Below, in pieces: positions 43,911 through 56,848 of a stretch of DNA of 64,000 nucleotides (positions are counted from its first letter, which is position 1; the number at the start of each line of letters is the position of its first letter). Where the stretch lies: contig OZ037769.1 in the NCBI GenBank assembly GCA_964035545.1, forward strand, positions 4,693,929-4,757,928. The letters run 5' to 3'. Below the pieces are notes generated by a model. It worked only from the letters and a program-made list of their open reading frames with translations. It searched no databases and was not told where the DNA came from. The position numbers and the translations under genes were made by a program. Source of the stretch: Bugula neritina (lineage: Eukaryota > Animalia > Bryozoa).

Positions 43911-44558
43911 CGGATATATACAAACATTGCAATTAGACAGAAAGACAATAATATTTTTGCTCGTAATTTCTATTACCATTTATTAGATAGTTAAAATAAC
44001 TACAAATTGTATTTAACGTAAAGAAAAAAGAGTTTTATTAATATTGTCTTAACATAGTTTGTTCCAGTAAACTTCATCCCAAGCTTAGTTTAAATTAGCT
44101 TTTGTCCGTGAATTAATATTGGCTATAGATTAAATAGTATACCATATCATTATATATTTATTATTCTATAATTATCACGCAAAGGTTTGCATAAAATAGA
44201 GTACACTATAAAGATTATGCAGCTGCTCATAAAGGTTAATGGATATTTTATGTACAAATAATAAAAAAGTCACCAAAATTAGAAAAATATATGCCTGTGT
44301 ATAATAATATATTATGCATGAGCTATAATGTCAGCTGTGACACTAAAATTGAAGTACTTAGTACAACATTCTATATTGGATGGTAATTATGTTGAGTATA
44401 ATGCATAATAATAATATATATTTATATATTAACAATGTGCGTCTCAGCATATACAGTAAATTTCATAAGAAGTTATATTACATGATAATAATATACTACA
44501 GTTATAATTATAAGCCAAACGTTAAATCCATTATAATAGCTTGCTATTCTATTCTCAT

Positions 44559-47500
44559 CTACATTATTTGGAAGTTGAAGGAAGATAGTAGAGCATCAGC
44601 CAGTTGCTGCTTGTAATCAGGTGACTCATAGTGCAGTGTCTTCATGATCTACAGCATAGTTTCCAAAATGTCTCATAATCAATAGATAATCATATAATAT
44701 TAATGGAACAGTTAGCATTATAGGATTGTATAACATTACCTACTAAATGTAGATCAGGGGTTAATATTTTTGAGTTGTGCTCACTTGAACGCTATAAGCT
44801 CCACCAATATGTTATTTAACTTGCAAGTGTCATCTACTAAATTCTGCCAATCGAAGTGAAACAAGCAGAGCATGTGAGCTAGCACAAGTTTGTTAGCTAG
44901 AATAAACTAGTGAAATTAATGTGCATTCCCCTTCCCGTTGAAAATATGTAATATTTTGAAAAAAGTTAAAAATCATAACGTAGCAATAACAAGGCAATGA
45001 TATCACAAGTTAAATACAGAAGAACTGTTTGCTTACCTTTAAAGCTGCTTTGAGATCTTTCCTACGATTCAACACCTCAGGTTCAATGGTATCCAAAAGT
45101 ATGATGATAGTTGGCTTGCATAGAGCCAGTGATAAACTCAAAGAGGTGTCAGACCAGTCAGCCTTTGTCTCGTCTTGAGTAAACATATCATTTGACAGAA
45201 AGATGATTATTTTCTCTGATGATTTGAGACATTCAGACATGATGAGAGGCGTCACTAAAAGATATAAAACACTACACTCAACATTTGAATAGCAGCTTTT
45301 ACATGCTCAGTTAACTTTGTAAGGCAGGGGTATGAAAATTTAGTACACTTTTATGGCTATTGAAAAAACAGGTTTGTCAAAATTGTTTGCTGCAAGTTGC
45401 ATGCACCTAAACTTATTTTGAGGACATGTAAAATAAATGAGAAAAATGGATGTGTGTGGGTCTGCTAATGAATTATACCACTAGAACTTAAATGCTAAAC
45501 CCTGCCTTTTTTCCGATATACGACTACAATGGTAGGTTTTTCTATTAGGTTTAGAAAATGCATTCTAATGTATACAAAAATGTCAACTCTAGACCAAGAA
45601 TTGATCATGGATAAAAATATTGCAAGCATTAAAAGGGACTTTAGGTTGCAAGGAAACAAAAACCTTATGTTGATACGTTTGTGCTCCCCACCTACATACA
45701 TGAAAAATGGATAGATATGTACAGCTGGCTATAGAAAGAGAAATGTAGAAGACGGTATGCAGTTATTATAAACTCAATCTTATAGTTTCCTTACATTAGC
45801 ATGACTAAAACACTGTAGTGGAAATCAGTGACACAGATACATAACTGAATATACTGAACTATGTTAGACTACTAAGCATAAACAGCTCGCATTAAACCCA
45901 CTTCATATATTACAGTGGCTTATAGATTTCAAACTTTACTGCAAAACATGTTACTCTGTGCACAACATACATGTGACTTGCTTAAACATCTCAAGATCTA
46001 ATACATACGTACCTGAGCCTATAGCAAAGTCTCGATCAGGTACACACAGTTTGAGACAGAACCGGTTTTCTATGGTGTTGATAAAAGTGGTAACCGCAGA
46101 GTGGTCGATATCTGAGTAGACCACATAGGCAGCATACTTGTAGTCTCCTAAAAAAGTACAGAGTTTTCGAAGACCGATGAGATTATATAAATAGAAGCAC
46201 AAACAGACCACGACAATCTTATTGAGTAACTCGTCTTCAGGAAATCAAATACTAATAAATCAAAATACTATGTCTCAACTAAACCTAAGCCAACTGTGGT
46301 TCAATGCTATTGGCCAGCTTGTAGCATGTGATAGAAAGCAGGTAATAAAAAGGCTTTTTAAGATGTAAATAAAATTTAATGTCATGACTTGTAACTTTTA
46401 ATAGACTAAATATTTGTACATAAACTTCATCTCGGAGCTAGAGAGAAAAATGATATATGTAATATTTATTCTCTATTGATTAACCAATCATTTACTTTGC
46501 TAATTTTGATGGAGCAGAACCTTGGCAAATAAATGTATTCATAACAACTATATATGTAGTAATTTATTGCCTCAAACTTTCATGGGCAAATCGCCAGCAA
46601 AACGCATACGATCAACTTTTTTAGCCAATACTTTTAACTTTTTGTTGCTTTTTTCGCCAGAAATGCTTTGTGTTAAAAACATGTTAATTAAAAATATATA
46701 AGTCAATAGATCAACTAGATCAATTGACAATGTCATATTCAATGAGATTTTTAGAGAGCTGCATAAAATTTCCTTAAAGTTTAACGATATGTATGTTAGT
46801 ATGTGGTACAAACCTTTAGTATAAAGAGCTGATTTTAGCCTCTGTACCACATTAACACGATACCACATATTGTAGTATGTATTGTATCTTACGGTGAGGG
46901 TGAAGACCAGCACCACAAAGATTACTAGCAGAGCTAGGGGCACTGCTATAGCAACCGAGAGGTTTGATTCCTTTGGAACTTCATGGACTATAGAGTTTGT
47001 CTCGGCAACTAAAATATAATATTTATAAAATATATTCATCCGTGCTGCTAAAACCAACAAATATCTGCCCGACACCCTGTATATACCTGAGATAATGTGT
47101 GCTTAGTGTGTATGTGGTGTGAGTGAGTGCATTTGTGCAATTGTGCAATGGTGCAAGAGAGAGAGAGAGAGTGTGTGTGTATGTGTGTGGGTGTGTGCGT
47201 GTGTGTGTGTGTGTACATTTCATCTTTAAATGGCTTTAATTAAAAAATTACACTGCGTGAACACATTAACTTGATTTCTGTACTCAATGCAAAACAAAAT
47301 CAGTTCACTTGCAGATCAGTAAAATACTATACCACAGCAACAAAGTAGGCCAAGCCAACACAGCTAAAAGATGTTCACAAAACTGATACAGTTTTATGTT
47401 ATGCTATGCCTAGAGCAAGGTTATAAGCTCAATTCATAACTAAATCCTTATACTATCATCAGTTTGAAAAGTGACAGAGCTTTACTTGTCAAAAAGTAGG

Positions 47501-50500
47501 CCTATCTTGAAATTGGGTCACATAATCTAAACTATTGTTTTTTTTCAATTTAAGCTTTAACTTTGAAAAATGTGTGAATGAATAACGAAACTGATAGCAA
47601 ATACTTTTTAATTTATAATTACTTATCAACAATTTTAAACATTATATATTTACTATTTCTATGATGCCTGCTGTCATGACCAATAGAAGCAGTTAGTAGA
47701 ATTTGGTAAAACTACGTCTATTGAGGAAACAACAAAGTGCAAAACTATTATTAGAAAAGCTATAAGTCAATGTTTATATGACTCATGACATGTTCCAAAA
47801 TGGCGGTTCAAATATGGAAGATTGTTTGCTATTCTGAGTATTATAGCAACTCTGATAATGCCAGTGGCAATGATCCTAGACCTATACCTTTGGCACATGG
47901 TCCACCAGACACGTACATAGCACCACTAACTACTTGGGGGTGGCTGGCTGCTTGACAGTAGTATTTCTTGTTCAGCCATCCTTTGTCAACTTTAGGTATC
48001 ACAACTTGGAAATGACTCTCATTTTCTAGACTGTAAAACAAGTGATATGTTGTGCTAAAACATTGAGACTAACTTGTCCTGATAGGTGGATTGGTCACAG
48101 TCATTTGGCGAATGATGAGTTAAACTGCCATTACTGGCTTTTGCTTTTGATAAATTGCTTTACAAACATGGTGATGATGTGAGTTAGAGGCCATAATAAA
48201 TATCTGCTTGTCACTACTAAAATAAATTACACAATATTTTTGTTTAACCTTGAATATTCAGTAGAGTGCTAGTGCACAACATTTATAGATTGTGAAGACT
48301 TACAGAAGTACAAACTTTCTTTGCATTGCATTTTGGGACTATGACTAACCAACGTTTCGGAATCATATCTTTAATTGCCACAGTCATTAAAACTTTCACT
48401 TACCAACCAACATTGCCTTTATAAAGCTGAGTTTTATGTATGCTATGTGCAATTACAACAGGGTTATGAGTACACAAAGCTACTATAGTGCTACTAACTT
48501 AGCTTTCTTTCTTACAAATATTTGCTGTCGGTCCAGACTCATTCGAAAACATTTTCAATCAGTTGCCGTCCATGGTTAAATAATGAATTAATGCTTTGAC
48601 TCAAACCATGCTGTCAAAAAGGTTGGCAACACTTTAGAGAAACTCAAAAGAGATTCTGACTGCATCAAAACAGCTCCCTCTAACCATAAGTACAGAACAT
48701 CCAAGTTCCCACAATTTTTCTATAGCTGATGAGATTAGTACTGTGCAATATATAGTTACTTACAATCATTGCAGGTGGTATTGTGATTTTATAGAATATG
48801 GCACAGGTATGCCAATCTACCTATAGACCTGCATCAACCTAGGTATTATTTGGTAGGTTTAATAAATATAGTTAAAATTGTCTTACACTGTGAGATTATA
48901 AGGGATCTTGTTGAAATCCAAGGCTAGAAAAGTTAAGTTTTCATTAAGCAAGACCATTCTCCGGGTCTTCAACAAATCATTCACAGGATAAGATAGAGAA
49001 CAGGAAATGGTTATGTTTTCGCCTTCTTCCACGCAAGTCTCTTCCACTTGAAACTTTGTAAAGACTGGAAGATCCTGAGACAGTGTAGGCAGCTCTACAT
49101 ACCAGCAACATAAACTCATTAGTGGCTGATATATTATTTGTTCTTTATAGCAAATTGTAAGGCAGATAATATTCTGACTGTAATCATAACTCTGTGTACA
49201 TCTTTTATATGACTAAATAGCACCAAAAAACACGAAAGAAATTTAAAGGGTGCTAGAAGATGCTGTAGATTGTCAAATGGAAATATAAATGGAGTTAACG
49301 AAAACTAAGTAGAGCTAACTGACACAAACTGAACTTAAATGTAACTGAAAGACAAAAGAGATCTTGAAATAGAACTAACAAACCAACAAAACAGTGCATT
49401 AAACTCATGGGGGGCAACTGTAACCTTTTACTTTTTATATAGCTATATTTGTAAACTTGATCAGCTAAAGAGTTTTAGTGATTTTGAATGGTAAGATACA
49501 AATAACTTCTAGTATCTTATGACTAATTTGTTAGCAAGGGTTATCCATCAGCTTTTCTAGAACTTACGTAACGTTTGGATAGTGAGGTTTTTAGAGATAA
49601 TTGTTTGACCATCAGCTGATATGGCTTCACATGTAAATACAATCTTGTAAATAGCACTGGTGGAGAATGTTACAGGAAGCGAAGGCTGAAGGGAATACCA
49701 CATCAACTGCTGTCTGGTATCTTCGTCAGCATAACAGTGAGTCCATGAATTGAAGGGAGATAACTTTACTCCATCTTTATACCTAGGCAACAATGCACTG
49801 ACATTTTGGAGATATTTAAATTTGTACTTTAAATGAAGAAATTTTAAAACATCCAAAAGCTAATACATGTGAGGATTTATACTCTAGGTAGGCAACTAAT
49901 TTTATATTTAGTCTGTAAAATACTTTGTAAAAACTACAATTGAATTTATGTCTGCATCAATTTAACATAAAAAGGTAGACAACAAAAACATTTATTTCAT
50001 GATATACAAGAGAATTAAAATATACAATAAACAAATTCTGTGTTGACAAATGTCACTTTTTTCATCATTGTTATTTTCTAATAATATTGTAATTTATCTT
50101 AACAGTATAAAAACATTATATATGCTACCATCCCTAAATGTTAAGTTTCAAAATAGCGCAAGAAATGTTAAAGACAAAACACTTGAATCTCAAAGAGATA
50201 ACTTGCAGGATAACTTAATACGGCAAAAGCTGATAAAATAATTGAGTTTTCCAAGCTTGTTTTAAAAGACAAAACATCTGTGTAATTTTGAAATTCAAAG
50301 TAGCAAAAACATTAAGATAAGAAAACTGAATAGTACAAAACCTAAGGTGTAACCAGCTTTGCTGATGATAGAGCAGCTGTTCCATGTGTAATGTATTTAT
50401 GAAGTGCCAGCTTACCAGTTGACAACAGAGAAGCCTGTAGCGCAGCACTCTAAAGCTATCATTTGATCCAGATTGCTGAATCTGTGAGTTGGGGGGTAAA

Positions 50501-50831
50501 TGGATCCACTCAGCCGATCATTTGGGTTCACAAAATCCAGAGCTAAAAATAAAAGTTTGCACTGTAAGCAAGCTTTGGCAATACTACACTTGTAAAGAGT
50601 TTTCCCTGACTTGGCCTTTGAATGCGTGTAACCTACATATAGCAATAAAATAATCAATTTTAGAAACAACTCAAAACCTAATAAAGTTCACATACCAGCT
50701 GATCTGTTGTTGGGTTTACATTCCTTTGCAGTTGGATCAATCTTGGCCCTCTGTTCTACTTCTAAACACAGAGAATCAGACAAATGTATAGATCCTCCCA
50801 GAATAAGACAAGCTATTAGTACTAAAGCCAT
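44559..50831 (-). CDS. IL-1-receptor-like Ig-Ig-TM-TIR protein, copy 2 (~488 aa)
   Basis: Exons 50696-50831, 50416-50542, 49568-49782, 48887-49094, 47888-48030, 46814-47008, 46013-46147, 45037-45254 and 44559-44648. Lengths and phases match copy 1 and no in-frame stops were seen. Confidence 0.9.
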
Positions 50832-51551
50832 CTTCGCATTCACACTTAAAGCTGTATAAAAACACTGACCATTGATACCAGACAATACTGCAAGTAATGA
50901 TTATGGAGGAGAAATGAAGTAAAACTGCACCAGTTTTGTTGACAAACTAGTTTAATAAATCATCCACATGCTATTTATATCACACTGCGGTGAGTAATGT
51001 GAAGTGTCGTCACAGCATGGTAGAAAGTTGAACTACGTGTTGCGAAATCATGATTTAAAGGTGCTTCCAACGAGAATTATATATAGTTGCATACTCCTTA
51101 CAGCTAGTTTGAAAGGCCGTAACTGGAGCGCTTAGTTGCACATGCTTTTAGATTTTTTATACAAGTAAAACATTTCACGTAATGTAAGGATAGGGCCACG
51201 TGCGTGAGAATCTGTTGCGAGAACGACCTGCCACACACAGTGCGTTGGCTGTGGGTGCGGAAGTTCATTAGCTAATGATAATCATGTTTAACTTTATTGC
51301 TCACCTACAGACATTTGTTTACACAAATGACAAATAAATTATTTAATCTACGTCATCGGCTCTGAGGCGGAAATGCAAACTATTGAAAAATGTTTTAATT
51401 AGGTTTGGTAGAAGTTTAACTGCGTATGAAAACACAAAAAGTTTGCTTGCTAATGGCAAGCAGCCAATTAGATCAAATCCGTACAAGCTTCCCACACTTG
51501 CTGCTCCGCATGTTATATTCATGAAAATTGTAGGGTTGAGTTAACCCAGCA

Positions 51552-51614
51552 GCCTCTGTGGTGTAATTGGTGCTTGCAAGCCGGAGGTCTGTGGTTCGAA
51601 TCTCGATGGGAGTA
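51552..51614 (+). repeat. Degenerate tRNA-derived element, duplicate of 39764-39826
   Basis: Same internal deletion; B box GGTTCGAATCT retained. Confidence 0.65.
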
Positions 51615-51731
51615 ATTATTTTACAAGCTATTTTGGTCTTTATTGAAGTGTAGTAGCAGTACTCCGAGAGAGTTGAGAGGCCAGTGGAGTTCAGAGAACT
51701 GGGTGAGATGTAGTGTTGAGTTAACCCCACA

Positions 51732-51804
51732 GCCCCCATGGTGTAATTGGGTAGCGCAACTGCTTGCAAGTCAAAGGTCTGTGGTTCGAATTCTGGTGGG
51801 GGCA
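51732..51804 (+). repeat. tRNA-derived element, duplicate of 39980-40052
   Basis: GCCCCCATGGTGTAATTGGGTAGCGC..GGTTCGAATTCTGGTGGGGGCA. Confidence 0.75.
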
Positions 51805-51933
51805 ATTATTTTACAAAAATGTGCACACACCAGCACATTTTTGGACAGGACAGATTTTTCGCATTTGGTCCCTGCAGGGAAATCTGCATCGTGTAGCCCT
51901 ACGCTTAGTGATCCAAAGCAGGGTAATTCAACG

Positions 51934-52641
51934 AATCCGCGACATTTAACAAATGACAATTCAAAAACACCTATTTCGAAAAAGACAATTCCCAAATTGA
52001 CAATTCCCAAATTGACAATTAATAAATTGACTTTTAGAAAAAAAGACATTTCTAAAAATGACATTTCACAAATGATACGGCCCAGTCGGGTGTGAGCTCT
52101 ACCGGGTCGAGAATAAGTTAATATAAACGTGGGCAATTGCAGATTAGGACTGTTTGGTAGCTAACACTACTTCCGTGATAGCCTAACTCATACGGCGTTT
52201 ATATTTGTTGCTGAAAGCTTTAAATCTTGTCAAGTTCAAGTTGAAATAATTACTACTTATTTACTTTTACTTTTATACTTGTATTATTGCGTGATGTTAC
52301 TATGTACACTATATGTTATTTAATTTTATTAATTGTATTTCATTTTCTTCTTACTTTTCAGTTTTAACTTATGAAATACGGTTAATAAAATTAAATAACA
52401 TATAGTGTACATAGTAACATCACGCAATAATACAAGTATAAAAGTAAAAGTAAATAAGTAGTAATTATTTCAACTTGAACTTGACAAGATATAAACCCGG
52501 TATGAGTTAGGCTATCACGGAAGTAGTGTTAGCTACCAAACAGTCCTAATCTGCAATTGCCCACGTTTATATGAACTTATTCTTGACCCGGTCGAGCTCA
52601 CACCCGACTGGGCCGTATCATTTGTAAAATTTCGTGTCACC
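51934..52641. mobile_element. Foldback/MULE-like non-autonomous insertion: ~15-bp tandem repeats plus a ~570-bp near-perfect palindrome
   Basis: Inverted arms ~52063-52343 and 52371-52630. GACAATTCCCAAATT-type repeats at ~51940-52065. Imperfect 9-bp flanking duplication AATTCAACG (51925-51933) / AATTCGACG (52642-52650). The equivalent site upstream of copy 1 has a single AATCCAACG (40172-40180). Confidence 0.8.
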
Positions 52642-53064
52642 AATTCGACGCGCAAATCACTTGTTTAGCTTGTAAGCTTTATGAGCTACAATCTAAATCA
52701 TTATGCTGAATTTAATTTTGCAAATAATTTTACAATCATAGTTATTTTAAGTACCTTGATTTATCAAAAAAGTTGAAAGATATTTGCAGTAGCATACATC
52801 ATGAGCTTTTCAAAAAGTCTCAATTTGGAGTAATGCATAAATTATAAGTAATATTTACTTAGCAATTGACAACTTTTAGTTGATTAGTAAAATTTTACTT
52901 TTTTGAAAACTTGTGATACTTCTTTAGAATATACTTAAAATACTACGTTAAACTACATTTTGGACAAAAAAAACTGTTATATAGCATATAAAACAATGCA
53001 AAGTATTGGAGTAGATTTAGTAGAAACAACATAGTGTTGAAATATTATATTATATATAACTCAC

Positions 53065-53330
53065 TCACTAAGCAGTCAGTTGAGGACGACTATGACTGAC
53101 GATGGATCAACCTTCTCCACAGAGTTCTGTTTTGTGCCAGGTTGTACCAATTGTTGAGGTTCTCTTTTGATGGTGTCTTTGTATCTTAATCTAGGACACC
53201 CTCGTTTTCTATGGCCAGATACCAGCTGAGAAAATAGCATCTGCTTGGGTAGTCGATGGGCATCCACATGTACAATGTGACCCGCCTATTCAAGGTTGTG
53301 AATTATTACTTGATCATATATTGGTGCTAA
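53065..53330 (-). mobile_element. 3' remnant of the same RTE-like LINE at the equivalent site upstream of receptor copy 2
   Basis: Closely matches ~40605-40873 (RLPKQMLFSQLVSGHRKRGCPRLRYKDTIK) with the same left junction (tatataactcac); the rest of the element is missing. Confidence 0.85.
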
Positions 53331-54172
53331 TTAATATAAAAGAATGTATTGTAATTGAAAGCAAACCCACACTTAATAACAGAAAAATACCAGTCACCGG
53401 AATCCCCATCTACTGCGGGTCAGCTTGCACCATGTGCTTTAATCTGCTGAGTTGCTGACGGAGTCCTTAACGATGCCCTCCATACACTTGCCCAGGTTGC
53501 AATGTCTTCAATTTTCTTACACATATATACAAATATTGCAACTGGACAAAAATACAATAATATTTTTGTTCGCAATCTCTATTACCATTTATTAGATGGT
53601 TAAAATAACTACAAATTGTATTTAACGTAGAGAAAAAAGAATTTTATTAATATTGTCTTAATATAGTTTGTTCCAGTAAACTTCATCCCAAGTTTAGTTT
53701 AAATTAGCTTTTGTCGGTGAATTAATATTGGCTATAGATTAAATAGTATACCATATCATTATATATTTATTATTCTATAATTATCACGCAAAAGTTTGTA
53801 CAAAATAGAATACAATATAAAGATTATGCATCTGCTCATAAAAGTTAATTGATATTTAATGTACAAATATAATAAAAAAGTCACCAAAATTAGAAAAATA
53901 TATGCCTGTGTATAATAATATATTATGCATGAGATATAATATCAACTGTGACACTAAAATTGAAGTACTTAGTACAACATGTTATATTAGATGGTAATTA
54001 TGTTGAGTATAATGCATAATAATAATATATATTTATATATTAACAATGTGTGTCTCAGTATAATAGACAGTAAATTTTTTAAGAAGTTATATTACATGAT
54101 AATAATATACTACCATTATAAGCATAAGCCAAAAGTTAAATCCATTATAATAGCTTGCTATTCTATTCTCAT

Positions 54173-56757
54173 CTACATTATCTGGAAGTTGAAGGAAGAT
54201 AGTAGAGCATCAGCCAGTTGCTGCTTGTAATCAGGTGACTCATAGTGTAGTGTTTTCATGATCTACAGCACAGTTTCCAAAATGTCTCACAATCAATAGA
54301 TAATCATATAATATTAATGGAACAATTAGCATTATAGGATTGTATAACATTACCTACAAAATGTAGATCAGTGGTTAATATTTTTGAGTTGTGCTCCCTT
54401 GAACACTATAAGCTCTACCAATATGTTATTTAACTTACAAGTGTCATCTACTAAATTTTGCCAATGAAATGAAACAAGCAGAATATGTGAGCTAGCACAA
54501 GTTTGTTAGCTAGAATGATCTAATTAAATAAAATATAAGCATGCACCTTTGCGTTGAAAAACATCTAATATCTTGAAAAAGTTAAAAATCATAGCGTAGC
54601 AATAACACAGCAATGATATCACGAGTTAAATCTAAAAGAACTGTTTGCCTACTTTTAAAGCTGCTCTGAGATCTTTCCTACGATTCAACACCTCAGGTTC
54701 AATGGTATCCAGAAGTATAATGATGGTTGGCTTGCATAGAGCCAGTGATAAACTCAAAGAGGTGTCAGACCAGTCAGTCTTTGTCTCATCTTGAGTAAAC
54801 ATATCATTTGACAGAAAGATGATTATTTTCTCTGACGATTTGAGACATTCAGACATGATGAGAGGCGTCACTAAAAGAAATGAAACACTACACTCAACAT
54901 TTGAATAGCAGCTTTTACATGCTCAGTTAACTTTGTAAGGCAGGCGGATGAAAATTTAGTACACTTTTATGGCTATTGAAAAAACAGGTTTGTCAAAATT
55001 GTTTGCTGAAAATTACATTCACCTAAATTGAATTTGGGGAAAGAGAAAATAAATGAGAAAAATGGATGAGTGCGGGTCTGCTAATAAATTATACCACTAG
55101 AACTAAATTCTAAACCCTGCCTCTTTTCTGATATACGACTACAATGGTTAGTTGTTCTATTAGGTTTAGAAAATGCCTTCTAATGTATACAAAAATGTCA
55201 ACTCTAGACCAAGAATTGACCGTGGATAAAAACACAGTAAGCATTAAAAGAGACTTTAGGCTAGAAATAAAAAAAAACTTTATGTTGATACGTTTGTGCT
55301 CCCATCTATACATGACAAGTGGATAGATATGTACAGCTGGCTATATAGAAAGAGAGAGGTAGAATTGACGATATATGCTATGTAGTTATTGTAAGCTCAA
55401 TCTTATAGCTTCCTTACATTAGCATGACTAAAACACTGTAGTGAAAACCAGTGACATAGATACATAGCTACATAATATACTGAACTATGTTAGACTACTA
55501 AGCATAAACAGCTCGCATTAAACCCAGTTCATATATTACAGTGGCTAATAGATTTCAAATTTTACTGCAAAACGTGTAACTCTGTGCACAGTGTACATGT
55601 GGCTTGCTTAAACATCTCAAGATCTACGTAATACATACGTACCTGAGCCTATAGCAAAGTCTCGATCAGGTACACACAGTTTGAGGCAGAACCGGTTTTC
55701 TATGGTGTTGATAAAAGTGGTAACGGCAGGGTGATCGATATCTGAGTAGACCACATAGGCAGCATATTTGTAGTCACCTAAATAAATGGAGCTTTCCAAA
55801 ATGAGATTATATAAATAGAAGCACAAACAGACCACAACAATTTTATTGAGTAACTCGTCTTCAGGAAATCAAATACTAATAAATCAAAATATTATATCTC
55901 AACAAAATCTAAGCCAACTGTGGCTCAATACTATTGGCCAACTTGTAGTATGTGATAGAAAGCAGGTAATAATAATGTCATGACATGTAAATTTTTAAAA
56001 GAAGAAATATCTTTATATATAAACTTCATCTAAGATCTGGAAAGAAAAATGATAATTATGATAGTTGTTTGCAATTGATTAACCAATCATTTACTTTGCT
56101 AATTTTGATGGAGCAGAACCTTGGCAAATACATGTATTAATCATAACTATATATGTAGTAATTTTTGCCTCAAACTTTCATGAGCAAGTCGCCAGCAAAA
56201 CACATACGATCAACTTTTTAAGCCAATACTTTTAATTTTTTGTTGTTTTTTTTCCCAGAAATGCTTTCTGTTAAAAACATGTTAATTAAAAATATATAAG
56301 TCAATAAATCAACTAGATCAATTGACAATATCATAATCAATGAAATGTTTAGACAACATAAAATTTCCTTAAAGTTTAACGATATGTATGTTAGTATGTG
56401 GTACAAACCTTTATTATAAAGAGCTGATTTTAGCCTCTGTACCACATTAACACGATACCACATATTGTAATATGTATTGTATCGTACGGTGAGGGTGAAG
56501 ACCAGCACCACAATGATTACTAGCAGAGCTAGGGGCACTGCTATAGCAACCGAGAGGTTTGATTCCTTTAGAACTTCATAGACTATGGAGTTTGTCTCGG
56601 CAACTAAAATGTAACATCTATAAAATATAATCATGTGTGCTGCTGAAAACAACAAATATCTGTCTGACACCCTGTATATACCTAAGAAGATGTGTGTTTA
56701 GTGTGCATGTGGTGTGATTGAGTGTATGTGTGTAATTGTGTAATTGTGCATGAATGT

Positions 56758-56848
<91 letters not shown>

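Noticed and set aside
44380-44616. Plus-strand ORFs repeated in the three units (32599-32811, 44380-44616, 53991-54230)
   Set aside because: AT-rich antisense to the receptor last exon and 3' UTR; the similarity reflects the duplication and the frame changes in copy 1.
51643-52136. 150-aa and 121-aa overlapping ORFs
   Set aside because: They span the tRNA-like repeat and the 15-bp tandem repeats, with no recognisable domain.
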